Shown one piece after another: positions 9,464-21,553 of a DNA stretch of 64,000 nt. Position numbers and translations under genes: made by a program. The notes under the pieces are model-generated. The model did not search any database. It was not told the DNA's origin and saw only the letters and a program-made list of their open reading frames with translations. Numbering within the stretch: the first letter of the stretch is position 1; each line of letters begins with the position of its first letter. Location: NCBI GenBank assembly GCA_965644315.1, contig CBFFRQ010000039.1, forward strand, positions 186,001 through 250,000, given 5' to 3'. The DNA comes from Caecitellus pseudoparvulus (Eukaryota > Protista > Bigyra: Bicosoecida).

Positions 9464-12400
9464 ATGTCAAGCAGGGGGACGCCGGGCCCAAGCCCGCGGG
9501 AGTCCCGCAGAGCCGCCAGGAGGCGACCAGGGCGTTCGAATCGCAAGTCTGTGCACGTGGCACTGCCCAACACGCCGAAGCGCGTGCTTGTGACGATTAA
9601 ACTGCAGGTGCGTTGCGCGTCGGCGTGCATGCGAAACGCCCTGCGAATCCTGCAAGCATGGCACGGGGCCTGCTGTGGGCCTGAGACCTTGCCACGTGCA
9701 CGTTAGGAAGGAATATGTTTGCCACAACACCAGCAATATTCCCCACTTGGTCTGCAGAACGACCACGGCGTGCACGGAGCGTATCCAGCCGACGGCATTG
9801 AGGCAGCTGTGCACCAAGTAAACCAGCTCCGACGACGACTGCACTGGGATGCCGTCTTCCATGTAAACGCACAGTATGCTCCCAATCACTGCACATTCAT
9901 CAATTGCAACCCGGTGCGTGTTCCTGGGCTGGGGGACGCAGAGCGGTGCTCAGGAGTTTCACGCGTCGCAGCGACACGAAGTTCCGCAGCTCACTCGGCC
10001 CACCTCACGCCGAACACACACGTGCACGCCCCGCGCCATTGCGCCTGCACAGGGTTATGCACTGGGAAGCACTATCGAGTTGCCAGAAGGTCGCACTGCC
10101 ACAGTGACCCCAAATCACTGTGTCGTGGGCAGCTGGGGTGCAGCACAGCTGCCCAGCCTGCACCGTGAAGTGGCTGACACAGTGGTGGACGTGGGGTGCA
10201 ACCCACAGCACCCTCTAGGAAGTGCCCTGGCCCCCGCCTGGCCCGTGCGGGACGGCGGGGCAGGCATGGCTGGCGACAGCGCTATGGGGCTGCTGGGGCA
10301 CCTGCTGAAGCAGCAGGCACCGCGGGAGGTGTTCGTGGCAGGAGTGGACATTGAGGGCGTGGTGGCGCCCACAGCCCTGGCCATCAAGGCACTGTTAGAT
10401 GACGTCAGTGTGACTGTGCTGCGTGACTGCTGTGTGCCGCTGCAGCCTCAAGGCACACTGGCAACGTCGCCGGTGGCCACGGCCCTTGACGCGTTGAGGC
10501 TGAAACGCACCATGCAAGCTGGGCAAGACGAAGGCTTGGCTCATTTGGCGCTGCGGCAGCGGCCTGGGTACATGCCGTCCGACCTCAAGTCGCGCCTCGA
10601 GGGCAGGGGCCTCCTCATCGCCACCAGCACAGATCGAGCAGTCCTGTCACGCCCGCGCTCTCTCCGGCGAACCACACCCCCCCTGGTGCTGCCTGTGCCC
10701 CCCCCTTCGCCAGGTCTTGCTGTGGCGTCACAGAGCAGTGGCAGTGCCCTGAACTTCGTGTGGGATGCGTACGCGCCGTTCGGCTGGGCGACAGTGCGTA
10801 TCACCACCACCAGCACGCACCGGTCTCGGCGCGCCACGTCACACGCGTCGGAGTCACCAGGAAACGCCCGGAGTCGCACTGTGGCTCTGGACATCCGGCC
10901 CTGTTGGTCCCACGCAGAGATGCAGGCGGGGCTGCAGGCCCGGCTCAAGGCATCGACAGCTGCCTCGACGACACTTCAGCGCAGGGGCAGCACGGGTGGC
11001 GGCGTGCCCGTTCTCGGGCGCCACTCCTCCACGCCATCCCAAGGCAGTGCAGTCGCAGAGACGCCGGTGGAAGGGGGTGGTGATCGGGCAGGCTTTTCAC
11101 CGTCAGGTGCGCCTGCCAAACTTCACCTCAGCACGAGCAAGTCAGCCCTGCCAGGTGGCGGCAGGCGGCGAGGCGGGCGCAATCTGACATCGCGCAATGC
11201 GACCGGTGCAGACGCCACGGCGCTGGCACTGCTGGCCCTGGGAGACGGGCCGTTGCATGAACACCCGTACACTGCGTGGGAAGTGGCGGAGGCGAGCTCA
11301 GGGGGCGTGGAGGTGAAGGAGGAGGTGGTGGATTGGCACGCGCTGCACCCAAGCGTTGCAGCAGAGGAGGCAGGCCCGCCGCTCACTGCCACCCTCCCCT
11401 CGGAAGCCCCGCCCTTGACCACAGGCTCCCCTGCATTTGGCTCGGCTTCGGATTTCGGCAGTGCGCTGGTGCCGGCGCTGATGGGGCAGGGTGGCGGAGG
11501 TGGCGTGGACATCAGTCCCCCCTGCTTCGCCTGTGCCTGGTCCAGCGCAGGGGATGGGGGGGGGCGCGGCACTGTCGCTTCGCCCTCGCCTGGCTCGCGG
11601 GACATCTCCACAGGCCCACACTTCTTGTTTCCGGGTGAAGTGGACTTGGCGTCCCTGTACACACACGTTGCTGCATTTGGAACAGCCGCCGACCTGCGCC
11701 ATACTCTGGCAAGGTACGGCTGGTCGCCAGCAGCAGACACGCCACAGGCACCACACGGCATGAACGCGCTGCACATCGCCGTGGTGCGGGGCAGTGTGGA
11801 GATGGTGTCGGCGCTGCTGTCAGCAGGCGCACATGTGAACGAACTGACACTGGGGCGCGGAGAGAGCCCCCTGGGGCTGGCCTGCCGTGGCAACCGCACG
11901 GGGCTGGTGCACTTGATGCTGGAACAGGACGATCTGCTGGTGGACCGCCTGAACAGCTCAGACAGCGTCATGCGGTTCACGCCGTTCATGTGGGCAGCCC
12001 TGCACTGCAACGTGGACGTGCTCACGATGCTGCGCAGCCGCCTGAGCCAGGGCAACGGCTCACTGCACCTCAGCGTGTCAGCAGTGCTGCGCTCTCAGGC
12101 GCTGCGTGTGCACGAGCCCACCCCCCTCATGCTGGCCATGTCTGCAGTGCAGGGGCCACTGGGGGACTACGACACGCCCCCCTGGGCGGACGAAGAGGGG
12201 GGGTCACCCTTGCGCCATGCCACAGCAGCCTCGCTGCCGCAGCACCCCCCCCTCCCTGCCACCACGCCAGCGGGGCCCCCCTCTGGCCTGGCACTGTCCA
12301 CGGTGCCCTCCTTGTTCGGGCAGGACCCTGCTTCACACTTGGTGCAGCTGAGTGAAGAGGATTCCCGCGCCGGGGATGCGTGCTTGTACCGGCCCAGCAA

Positions 12401-15400
12401 GTGGAGCGAGGTGCGGGAGCAGCCCTTGCTCGCCAAATCCCCACTGCTCCCGCCCAGTGCCGCTGCCCGCCGCGGCTTCTTGCAGGCTGCACAGAGTGCT
12501 GTGGATGCCCTGCTGTCCATGGAGGGCGGTTCGCGCTCCCGTGCGCCTGAGCGCCGCCTGAAAATGCTGCACACGACTGACATGCGAGGGTGGTGCGCAC
12601 TTCACTTCGGCAGCATCTCGGGGGTACTGGGCGTCATGGACTTTGACCTGCTGCAACGAGATAGGTATAGGCATGGTCTGCGCAAGCTGCGCGTGAACAC
12701 GCCCACCACGCCGCACAGCCACCGCTCCGCCGGCTCCGGCGGCAGTTCGCGGGGAGCCTCCAGGGACACTTCGTCGGCGGGACACCGGTACCCCCTCGCC
12801 TTCACGCCCTTGCAGCTGGCCGCCTGGGCAGGGCAGGTGAGGGCCGTGGCTCGCCTGGTGCTGCCTTGGGGCGAGGATGTCTTGAACCCCCTTCGCCACA
12901 TCCTGGCTCCCAACACCGCCACGACCGTGCACGGGTACACGGCGCTGGACTTGGCCATGCTGCGCAAGCACCTCGTTGTCTGCCGCCTGCTGCTGCGAGG
13001 GGGGTGTGTTCCGGGTGTTCTGACTGGCGAAGCAGGGGCTGGACCACTGTTGTTCCACCTGGCACTGGAGGGCGACGGCATTGCCGCCGGAACACTGCTC
13101 GCGGCAGACCCCGCCAACGTGCACCTGCTGCCGTGCATGGTGGAGACTGTGCGCCGTCTGCGCACACCTGGCTCCAGCACCTTCACCTTCACCTCTGGCG
13201 CAGCAGGCGTGACGCAGTTGATGTACATGGTGACGCCCCCACCGCTGTCCGACATCCGGCAGCCCAAACTGCGGCTGGCAAGCGGCCGCGGCGGGCCGTC
13301 CACTGCGAGGTCCATGCACACGGGGCGGGGCGGTGGCGCCATCACTGCGCGCACGGCTGGGTCGGCATCGTCAGGGCATGAGCACAGCATGGACGGCGGG
13401 CAGGGTGTCTCCCCTGCACGTGGCAAGCCAGAGGGTTTGCTGGTGTGTGCAGTGTGCGCGCACACGTGCTGGCACTGCAGCCCTGCGCAGCTGCTGCACG
13501 CGCACTCCCACCGCCGAGCCGCGCCAGACGGGACGCCTGGGCCCCATGCGGCGCGGTATGCGAGTGTAGTGCCGGTGGGCTACGTCGCCAACGCTGTGTG
13601 TCAGTGCCCTAAGAACACGTGCCTGGCGCTGAATGCCGCCGACCAGCGTGAAGCGGAAGGGTACCGGTACAAGCCCAACCCAATCGACACGTCGACAGTG
13701 AGCGAGGAGCAGGTGTTCGGAGCTGACGCTGACCTGCGCGCTCTCGTGGAGGTAATCGCCAAGAACTCCCATGATGTGTGGGCGCAGGGCAAGGTGCGCG
13801 CTGGCTGGCGACGAGGTGACAAGAAGGACGGCTCCGCCAAGACCCACCCCCTGCTCGTGCCGTTCGAGGACTTGACGCCTGAGGACCAGCAGGGAGACAT
13901 CGAACCCACCATCAATGCCTTGAAAGTGGTGCACGTGCTGGGGTATCGCATCGCGCGACCAGGGGGGAGTCGGCGGCGCTCCACAGCGGGCGCAGGTCGC
14001 ACCGCGACGTCCCCAACTGCAACCCTGGCCAGTGAGAGCAAGCGCGAAGGCCATCCCCCCTCCGAGGCCCAGGGCACTCTGCCCATGCAAGACACGACAG
14101 TGTCCCCTACCTTGCCACCCAGCGGAGGCGGCGGGGAGGGCGCTGGCGGCGCTGCCCACACTCGTGGCTTCTCCGGCGTGGGGATCAACGAGGCTCTGGA
14201 GGCGGCACTGCAGGACGGCGCCAGTGACGCGAGTGTCGGGCAGGCCACCTCCCCCGTGCAGCTGCAGGGGCCGCCCAGCCCCCAGTCCCAGACAGACCGG
14301 GCCGGGGAGGATGACATGGGCGGTGGCGATGGTGAGGGTGAGGAAGGCGACGAAGTGTACGACTTCGAGGACGACGACGGGGAGGGCGAGGAGGGCGTGT
14401 TGGAGGAGGGGGGCACGTACGCGCCGCAGCCCATCGACACCGCAGACGTGTTCCTGCCCCTGGACCTGTCCGAGGGGCTGGTGGAGCTGCTGGCGCGCAA
14501 CGCCCATGAAACGTGGAGTGAGGCCCGCATGCGCGACGAAGGCATGATTTACGCTCCGTCCCCAGAGAAAGACGAAGTCGTGGAGGCGGGCGAGGAGGAC
14601 GGCGTGGCGGTGGGGCACCTCATCAAGACGTCGCCTTTGCTGGTGCCGTACCGTTTCCTCACTGACGATGAGAAGGAAGCCAACCGCGCCAACGCCCGTG
14701 AACTGATCAAGGTCATCCTGAAGCAGGGGTACACCATCACCCTGGCCAACAACCGCCACCGCATGGACGCCAGCAAGCTCACGTACCGCATTTCGCAGTC
14801 GGAACAGGCGCGCATGGAGAGCCGGGCAGGGGAGCTCACCGCCTTCAAGCGGGGGTTGTACACGTCCATGCTCTTTGCAGCGGCACGCAAGGGCATGCGC
14901 AGCCTGCTGCCGGCGCTGGTGAACGTGTCGCCCACCTCGGGCAGTGTGTACGACGGCCCGAGCATCAACGCAGTGGACGGCTGGCACCGCACTGCCCTGT
15001 ACATGGCTGTGGAGCGGGGCCACCGGGGCACTGCGAGCAGCCTGCTGGAGATGGGAGCGGTGGTGGACATTCCCGACACCAACGGCCTGACGCCCCTGTC
15101 CGTGGCGGCCATGATGGGGAATGGGCCCATGGTGGAGCTGCTCCTGGACAACGGCGCCCGCATCCCCATCACGGACCGCCTGAACATGACGCCCCTGCAC
15201 TACGCCGCCTTCCTTGGCCACGGTGGCGTCGTGCGCCTGCTGGGCAAGAAAATCGTCATCATGGGCGGCGGCGGCGAGCGCGGCCAGCGCCTGCTAGACA
15301 CACTGGGGCAGGACTCCTCCACAGAGGGGCTGCTGAAGAAGACAGCTGCCAAGGGCAAGTGGCAGGTGTGGCGCCGGTGGAAGAAGCAGGCGCAGCAAGC

Positions 15401-18400
15401 CGAGAGTCGCCTGGTGGCGCGAGACGCGGCGAGGCACCTCGCTCGGCGTGTGCGACCTGCCGGGCCCCAGCCCGCGCGCACGCCCGCCATGAGCCGGGTG
15501 GGCATGTGGGCCACTAGCCCAGCCAGGGAGGGCTCTGCCAGCCAGCGCATGCAGCTGGGGCAGCTCGTGTCTTCCCTCGCAGCCACGCCCTCCACCACAC
15601 GCCCTGCTGTCACAATGGGCTTGTCGGGGAAGCAAGGCAGCTTGGCTGCGAGCACACTGCGATCGTTGTTGTCGCCGCCGAGCCGGCTGGAAATGTGCGA
15701 TGTCGCGTCGCTGCTCATTGACGACCTTACGTCGCTGCTTGCCAGCCTGGCCAAGGCAGATGTAGCACAGGCACCCGCACATCGCACGCGCATCTTGACG
15801 CCTGGGCTTGAAACGCACGAGATCGAGGCCCCCTCGAGCAGCTTGGGTGGTGCGTCGGGGGGGGTGCCGGGCCAGGCAGTGGTGCCCTTTGCGGGGGGAC
15901 AGTCAGACACCAGCTCGGTAGACTTGCTGGGGGGGGGCGGCGGCACACCCAAGTGGGCAGGGGGGGGCTCAATGCGTGGACACTCAGACGCTGGCATGCC
16001 CAAGGGAATGCCGCCCAAGGCACCAGGGTCCTCCAAGAGCCTGCGAGGTGCCCTGGGCCCGTCGAAGTCCGAGCGGCGGCTGCGGTCCCAGCTGGACTCC
16101 GGTACGAGTGGCCCTGGGTCCATGGGCACTTCTGTGGCGTCTGACAGTGACGGGCAGTCGGTGGATGGCGTGGGGCGGTCCACCAGCTTCACCGTGGCGG
16201 GCACCACACACCAGCCCACAGCGGAGCCCCGCACGAAACCCCAGGGCATCCTGCGTGCCTCACGCCCCAGCCTGCCGGGCCATGGTTCGCGGCGTAGTGG
16301 GCAACACGGGGAGGGAGAGGGGCCCACGGCGTCGTTCGAGGGCCGTGAGGGCACGTCCTCAGGTCGCACGGCAGGGTCGCGTGAGGGGCCGCCAGGGCGC
16401 CATGGCAGCGCGTCAGCCCGATCCCTGCGCTCCGGTCCGTCGGTGTACGCGCCAACGGTGCCTCGAGGCGGTGTGCGGGAGAGCAAGGCGGCTGCCGCGC
16501 GAGCTGGCACCATTGCTTCGCGCAGGCGGCGGCGTGGCCTGAAGGTGGCGACGGGGGGCGGCAACTTGAGCAGCATGGGGCAGAGTGTGCGGGTGCTGGG
16601 GGCCGGACCAGCTCGCACCATCGTCCGGCGCAAGTGCCACATCCAGTGGCTGGGGGCACCCACCTTGCACAAGTACCGGAACATGGTGTCGGCGTCAGCT
16701 GAGTTCACAGCCCTGTCACCCCTCACCCTTGCCGTGTTTGCGCGGCAGCTGGAGGCAGCGGCCATCTTGGTGGAGTTGGGCGCAGACCCCACGCAGAGTG
16801 ATGGATCAGGCACCAGCCCGTACGCCCGGGCGCTGGAGCAGCACTCCCTTGCCGCACGCGTGCACACCATGTTCTTGCGAGCCCGCACGGAGGTGGACAG
16901 CAATGGCCAGGCAGTGGTCATCGACGCACGTGGCAACACAATGGCAGTCTCCCTGGCCAGTGCCAAGGGCGGGCACCGGGGCATCAGTGCCGCATCAGCG
17001 CAACTGAAACAGATCAAAGCTGAGAAAGACCGCAATGCGGCCATTCGCCACGGGGCTCGGCGCCTCAGCAACGCCTCTAGCGCCTCGCGCCACCGCAGCG
17101 CCAGCAGTGTGACGCTGGACACGGATGGGGGTGTCAGTGCTCGCACGGAGGTGCCGACACCTGACTCTGCGCGCACCACCATCGATGACTCCACGTGGGG
17201 GGGCGCTCCCACCAAGGGCTCTGCCTCTCAAGTACCAGCTTCCAGTCCGTCGAGTTGGTGGTCATGCTTCTGCTGTGGCTGCTGTGGCTGCTCGCGAGGT
17301 CGACGAACCACGGCACCAGCCCGCAGGGGCCGACGAACCCTGCAGCGCATGGACACAGCTCGGCGATTTGTCGCCGATGCCCTGGTATCAGGGGACGACG
17401 GCAGCGACGCAGTGGACGGCGCGGCGTACGCTGACTCCTTCGACGCTCCTGGAGCGCTGAATTCCGGCATGCGCAAGGCGCACTTGTTGCGGTCCATGGG
17501 CCCATCGCCTGACCTAGTGCGTGACAGCGTGCCAGCCGATGCAGTCTCCGTGCGCACAGGCGTGTCAGATGACGACCGGTACTCTGTCGCCACGTCGGCA
17601 AAGTTGGACCGCTCCGAGTCAGCTGACGGCCGCAGTGTGGGGGGCGGATCGTACCAGGAACGCTCAGCTGGACGGCGCATGCGGCGAGGCAGCAGCGATG
17701 GAACGCAGGGTGAGTCAGGTCGCAAGGCGGGCCCTGTCTCCCCCTCCACTGTGCGCTGGAGGGTGCTGCGTGCTGGACTGCGCAGGCGCGTGAGTGAAAT
17801 GCGCGAGCTGGAGTCGCACCCTGCGCTGGCCGCTGCGGGAGCGGAAGTGTCGGCCGGGGACGTCGTGTTCGGGGATGCTGCTGGGCGGGCCAAGTTTGGG
17901 CTGCCGACGGGCCCCGCCCTCACCCCAGAGGAGCGCGCTGCCATTGCTGCGGGGGAAGACATTGATGGAGGTGAGACGGGGCTGGGGGCACTCGTGTCGC
18001 CACACCCGCTCTCACCGCCGCCCAGCGCCAAAGGCGGCGGTGCTTTCTTCCCTGCCAGCCCAGTGGGCGCCGCGGGAACTGGAGGCGACACACAGAGCGG
18101 GTCGGGGCTGCAGAGTAAGTTTGAGGAAGCCAGCGTGTCCCGCCAGCGCGAGCGTGCAGCTGCCACGGCTGAGCGGCGCCGTGAGCAAGCCCTGCTGTGG
18201 AGCAAGGGGGAAGTGAAGTCCACGTCCACGCTGGTGGACGAGCTGAACCGGAACAAGCGCGTGCAGGGGCGCCGGAAAGGATTCGCCATGCTGGCCCTGC
18301 TGAAGCAAGTGGCAGTGCTGGTCATCGCCTGCATTATGTTCAGCATCTTCACACCCGTGGCGGTGGACTACAACTCGGGCGCCATTACTGATGTACGCCT

Positions 18401-21170
18401 GATGGTGCAGGAAAAACTGGCAGATGACTTCGCAGCTGCCGCTGTCAGCGCGCCAGGCTGGCAAGCATGGGTGGATGAGAACATCCTATGGCTGCCACAA
18501 GGCACGCCAGCGGTGTCCAACGACGGGGAGCTCTTCCGCCGCCTGCAGGCTGTGCGGCCACCCGTCTTGCTGCCGGCTGACCCGCGGCGACTGCGAGGGC
18601 TGCGGGAGCCGCGGCGAGACAACGGCGCACTGACGTCGTCGGCCCACCTGTCGGCATTCCTCAGACAGTCCTCTCACGCCTTTGCACAGGCCACTCGGCA
18701 GTTGAGTGCCACGGCGCAGCCGTGGACAGAAGTGCCGCCCTGGCCGGGCACGGACCTCGCCAGAGTGGCATCTGCAGCCGACAGCTTCGCGGCCGTGAAC
18801 GGCTTGACACCGGGGCCGACACTGCCGACCATGGACGCCCAGAATAATGCCACCCTGTCCACACACACGCCAGCTGTGGTGGGAGGGCGCAGCATCCTGG
18901 TGGGCGCCATCCGCCTGCGACGTGGCAGCAGCAAGAACACTGCGTGCCAGACACAGGGTCTGGAGGGTGGCACGAGCGTCATGGGCGCGTGCCACTCTGA
19001 GTTTGACGGTGCTACGCTGTCCCCCCAGAACTCCTACACGCTGGAGTCGTCACTGAACATGCATAGCCTGGTGGAGGAGTCCCCCGAAGACGGGGGGTCG
19101 ACTGGCAGTGGTGGCGGGCTGTTCAGCGCCGCGCGGGGTGCGCGAGAAGAGGACTACTTGCGAGAAACGTGGGACCTGGATGGCACGAATGTCACCGCCA
19201 GGCGTGCGATGGCAGCGGGGCTGCGCGGGGTTCTGCGGCCGTACACGTCGGAGGAGGGCGGCTCCAACTTCACAGGGGCCACGTGGGTGTCCCCCTCCAC
19301 TCGGTGGCTGTCTCTGGACATGGTCGTGTACAACCCAGACACGGGCGTGTTTGCAGCCGTGCGCCTGTTCGTGTACTTCCCTGTGTCAGGGCGGGCCTTG
19401 CCTGCGACGCGAGTCAGGGCGCTGACAGTGTTCACGGATCGCTTCCAGCCCAGCACGACCTTTGAAGTTGTCGTGGGGCTCGTGATTCTCCTGCAGTCCA
19501 TGCTGCTCCTGTCCCAAGTGTGGAACGAAGGGTCTTGCGTCGGGTACTTCTCGTCAGGGTGGAACCTGCTGGAGCTGCTGTCCTTTTCCCTGTTCGTCGT
19601 GGTGTTTGTCATGGACATCTTGAACCGCGTCATCGTCCAGCGCCTCGACATTGACCTGAGCAAGTCAGGGAGATTTTACAACTTGTGGGACACCATTGAG
19701 AACATCCGCACGGAGGTGGACGTCATTGCCGTGGTGTTACTTTTTGTCTTCGTCCGCTTCGTCAAGTACTTGCAGCTGGCGCCCAACGCGGGACCAGTGC
19801 TGGTGGCCATTCTCCTCACCTTCGTGCACCCGACCGTGGTGCTGTACCTGGGCATCATGATGGGGCTCATCGTCGCTTTCGGCGTCAGTTTCCACGTCGC
19901 CTTTGCCTCAGAAAACCCCAACTACGGGTCGGTGTGGCGGGCTATCCTGTCTCTCTTCGGCACCGCCTTCGCCGAAGAGTACGACCGCATAGACGGCGGC
20001 GAGCCCCGCGTCCTCAGCACGCTCTTCTTTGCGCTGTACATCCTCATCGCCATGATGCTGCTGAACGTGTTCATTGCCATTGTCTCCGACCAGTACCCCA
20101 AGGAAGCCCGCAAGGCGAAGCGGCGCTGGGACACCAGCATCACCCACCTCATGGAGCAGCAGTTGTCCGCAGACCGTGCCATCCTGCAAGCTGACCTGCA
20201 ATGGGCGTACCTGTGCGGCCCATGGGCGGCGCGGTGCCGGCGGGGTGTGCGGAGGGCGTGCAATCCCACCAGTGCTCTCCTCTGCTGCGCGCGCCTGTGT
20301 TGCTGTGTACCTCGGCCAGAGGGCAAGGAGGGGGACGACGAAGACACCGACGGCGGCATCGCGACCGCGCTGGGCTTGGCAGGGCACGACGGGCCCCGCG
20401 GCAAGGCAGCTGGGGCGCGCCTGCTGCTGTCCGTGACCGGCCTCGTGAAGGACTTCCACCAAGAGCTGGTGCTGGCACGAGATGCAGGTGAGTTGAAGCA
20501 CTATGTCGCGAGTGCGTGGGCTGACATGGGCCCGGCAGACCATGCTGGGGGGGGGGCGGAGGGTGCCGCTGGGGGGCCGTCAGCCACCTCCACTGCCAGG
20601 GCGGCAGGAGCCGCCCGGCCAGACAGCAAGCACAGCCGCAGCCGCAGTCGAACACCGACACGCAAGCGTGCGGGTCGGCGTGGCTCCAGGCCACGTGTCG
20701 CGACGCCCGCCGCGGACTCCGACAGTGACGTGAGCAGCGCCTTTGAGGATGCAGAAAGCGAGCAGCGCCACGACATGGCGGCAAGTGACCGGCACAGTGA
20801 AGGCGATGACAGCAGTCTGGATGGGGGCGCGTCCACCGCATCAGAGGGTGAGGAGGCCCCTGCGCGTGGGATGGCTGAAGCAGCCATGCTCCGGCACGGC
20901 CTCGTGGTGCAGCAATTCGGCACCACAGCTGTGCCAGACTCACTGGCATTTGCTCGCAAGGCGGCCAGCCATGCGTACGGCCGCTCTGCTCAGCAGCGAC
21001 GCTCAATCACGGGCTCTCGATTTCTGAAACCTGATTCTGGGTCGTCAAAGGCCCTCCATGGTCTGCAGGGACAGGTGGAAACGCTGACGAAACTCGTCGC
21101 AGGCCTCACGAAGTCTCCCGCGCCCTCTGGCAGCTCTCAAGAACGCCCCAGCGTAGAGGTGCCCCAATAA
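9464..21170 (+). CDS. Giant PKD-RyR-repeat (PKDRR-like) TRPP cation channel with N-terminal nicotinamidase-like domain, ankyrin repeats and UBR-box-like finger; introns 9608-9757 and 9914-10052
   Basis: gccATG at 9464. Spliced exons give a cysteine-hydrolase fold (VLVTIKLQND..., APNHCTFINCNPG, TPNHCVVGSWGA, VFVAGVDIEGVV..TA, VTVLRDC). Ankyrins: GMNALHIAV, GESPLGLAC, FTPFMWAA, RTALYMAV, GLTPLSVAA, MTPLHYAA. RyR repeats at ~13668-13950 (YKPNPIDTS...IAKNSHDVWAQGKVRAGW...KTHPLLVPFEDL) and ~14418-14735 (YAPQPIDT...LARNAHETW...SPLLVPYRFL). Polycystin TOP loop (LVGAIRLR..C, WVSPSTRWLSLDMVVYNPDTGVF) and TM segments (YFSSGWNLLE, RFVKYL, FGVSFHVAF, MLLNVFIAIVSDQY) at ~18290-20140. Confidence 0.88.
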
Positions 21171-21553
21171 TACACTTGATCTTCCCCATGCCATCCCGCT
21201 GCTCCCACTGGCTGCCTTAATCGCTCCATGCAGCAAGGCTCATATCTTGGTCGAGAGTCATGCCACGTGCTAGCTGCGTTTGCAGGCCCCCAAGGCTGCC
21301 ACAGCAAAAGCGTGCCATAATCGGCAAACATCAAAACTATTATACGCTCCTGTTCTATGGAGCCTCCCAATCAGTGCTGCACGGGGGTTGGGCGTGGGTC
21401 TTTGCCTGCCTAGCTCACGCAGGTTGCCAGGTGCCAGGCTCCGCACCAGCATCACACAGCAACAAGCAGCCCCGCACCAGCGTCGCAGGCTTCCTCCTGT
21501 GTAGCAAGCGACCGCTGACACCCACTCAACAATTTCAGTCCATTCTATCAGGC

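Noticed and set aside
9075-9563. N-terminal extension of the 627-aa esterase ORF
   Set aside because: Non-homologous-looking sequence overlapping the divergent gene's first exon; the downstream ATG at 9074 is more plausible.
9876-10052. ORF-track start of the 3764-aa protein
   Set aside because: Mostly intron 9914-10052; the true domain continues in another frame in upstream exons.
13668-14735. A true ryanodine or IP3 receptor
   Set aside because: Only the RyR repeat pair is present; no MIR/RIH/SPRY or GGGIGD pore was seen, and the pore region is polycystin-type.
917-20959. Many 300-670 aa antisense ORFs over the RGS and channel genes
   Set aside because: Expected in high-GC coding DNA; no motifs.
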